A model generated the notes under the pieces. The model searched no databases, was not told the origin of the DNA, and saw only the letters and a list, made by a program, of their open reading frames with translations. Position numbers and translations under genes: made by a program. Source: Gemmatimonadaceae bacterium (lineage in GTDB: Bacteria; Gemmatimonadota; Gemmatimonadetes; Gemmatimonadales; Gemmatimonadaceae). From it: a stretch of 27,560 nt of DNA. The stretch is from assembly GCA_040902005.1 (NCBI GenBank), contig JBBDYA010000044.1, positions 1 through 27,560 of the forward strand, written 5' to 3'. Below, piece by piece: positions 26,365 to 27,560 of this stretch; positions within the stretch are counted from its first letter, which is position 1; the number at the start of each line of letters is the position of its first letter.

Positions 26365-27560
26365 CACCGTCGCCGCAATACGGGATCCCGCTGTCGGCGC
26401 GGGAGAATGCCGCACCCGGGGAAGATCCCACCACGGCGATCGCGGTGTCGGCACTCACCAGCACCGCGCGCGAGATCCTCGAAGGCGCATTCCCGCCCAT
26501 CTGGGTGCGCGGGGAGGTGACGGGGTTCAAGGCGCACCGGAACGGTCACTGGTATTTCACCCTCCGCGACCGGATGGCGCAAATTCGCAGTGTCGTGTGG
26601 TCGAAGGACACCCGCGGCATTCCCGCGCCGCCGGACGAAGGCATGCAGATCGCCGCGTTCGGGAACCTCAGCGTCTATCCCGCGAAGGGCGAGATGCAGT
26701 TCGTGGTCCGGCGCATGGAGGCCGAAGGCGACGGGTTGTGGCGCAAGGCGCTCGAGCGCACGCGCGCCCGCCTCGACGCGGACGGACTCCTGGCGGTCGA
26801 GCGCAAGCGGCCGTTGCCGCGGTACCCCCGCCGCGTGGCGGTGGTGACAAGTCCGGATGGCGCCGCGCTCCGTGACATCGTGGCCGTTGTGCGGCGCCGG
26901 GCCCCGATGGTGGAAATCGTGATCGTCGCCGCGGCCGTGCAGGGGGACAACGCCACCGTCGAGCTCTGCGCCGCGATCGAACGCGTAGGGCGGTGGCGGC
27001 AGGCAGAGGTGGTGATCGTGGCCAGGGGGGGTGGGTCGCGCGAGGATCTCTGGGCGTTCAATGACGAGCGATTCGCGCGCGCCATCGCGGCGTGTCCCCT
27101 CCCGGTCATTTCGGGCGTGGGTCACGAGGTCGACGTCACCATCTGCGACCTGGTGGCGGATGTCAGGGCCGCCACTCCATCTGCCGCCGCGGAGGCCGTG
27201 GTGCGCGATCACGCCGAGTTGGCCCTCGAGCTCCGCACCGGCGGTCAACGGATGTCGCGGGCGCTCACGAAACGCGTGGATCGCGCCAGGTCCGAGTTGC
27301 AGTGGCATGCGTCCGCGCTGCGGAACCGGCTCGCGCGCGCCACGGAGCGGCGGCACGCGCGGCTCTCCGAGCTGGGCGCGCGGTTGCACGCGCTCAGTCC
27401 TCTCGCGACACTGAGCCGGGGTTACGCCGTGGCTCGGGCCGGGGACGGACGCGCGCTCACGTCGATCGCATCGTTCAGGCGTGACATGGCGTTCTCACTT
27501 GTGCTGCGCGACGGAACGCTCGCGGCGCGCGTCACGGACGTGCCGGAGGGGGGGGGGGGG
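26361..27560 (+). CDS. xseA: Exodeoxyribonuclease VII large subunit (3'-truncated, no stop in window; absent from the ORF track)
   Basis: Manual translation from ATG 26361: [78 protein letters not shown]. Confidence 0.95.
   Translation, partial: MTPSPQYGIPLSARENAAPGEDPTTAIAVSALTSTAREILEGAFPPIWVRGEVTGFKAHRNGHWYFTLRDRMAQIRSVVWSKDTRGIPAPPDEGMQIAAFGNLSVYPAKGEMQFVVRRMEAEGDGLWRKALERTRARLDADGLLAVERKRPLPRYPRRVAVVTSPDGAALRDIVAVVRRRAPMVEIVIVAAAVQGDNATVELCAAIERVGRWRQAEVVIVARGGGSREDLWAFNDERFARAIAACPLPVISGVGHEVDVTICDLVADVRAATPSAAAEAVVRDHAELALELRTGGQRMSRALTKRVDRARSELQWHASALRNRLARATERRHARLSELGARLHALSPLATLSRGYAVARAGDGRALTSIASFRRDMAFSLVLRDGTLAARVTDVPEGGGG

Noticed and set aside
188..27389. Many long antisense and alternate-frame ORFs (e.g. 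188-1537, 12877-14097, 20509-22365, 25617-27389 on the - strand)
   Set aside because: They overlap well-supported genes, are Arg/Ala/Pro-rich with no motifs, and are expected in high-GC DNA
27548..27560. Terminal run of 13 G
   Set aside because: Sits at the extreme sequence end inside xseA; most likely a read-end poly-G artefact, not a phase-variable tract or G-quadruplex

Overview
GC-rich bacterial core-chromosome segment; gene content and order suggest Gemmatimonadota (inference, not a database result). Almost all genes are on the + strand and tightly coupled: dnaJ(3' end)-prmA-rsmE-HIT-yqeY-mutS2-dnaG-Zn-ribbon coiled-coil-recJ-rsmD-coaD-pta-like-STAS-RsbW-like-GAF/PP2C-rsmA, then a convergent rex, then arcA-DEDDh exonuclease-MBL hydrolase, infC-rpmI-rplT-pheS-pheT-zapB-like-zapA, and rny-folD-xseA (truncated, ending in poly-G). 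I found no mobile element, CRISPR array, tRNA, rRNA or defence system, so there is no new protein-based system here that I can support. The best signals are non-coding: (1) a promoter-driven rod-like RNA between zapA and rny (candidate divergent 6S RNA or structured rny leader), preceded by a 45-bp tandem repeat; (2) a terminator/antiterminator leader before infC-rpmI-rplT that contains an SD-ATG-TGA start-stop element; (3) a perfect Rex operator between divergent rex and a stand-alone arcA; (4) probable non-canonical starts (ATC infC, CTG rsbW-like and rsmD) and leaderless promoters. All base pairings were read by hand and not computed.
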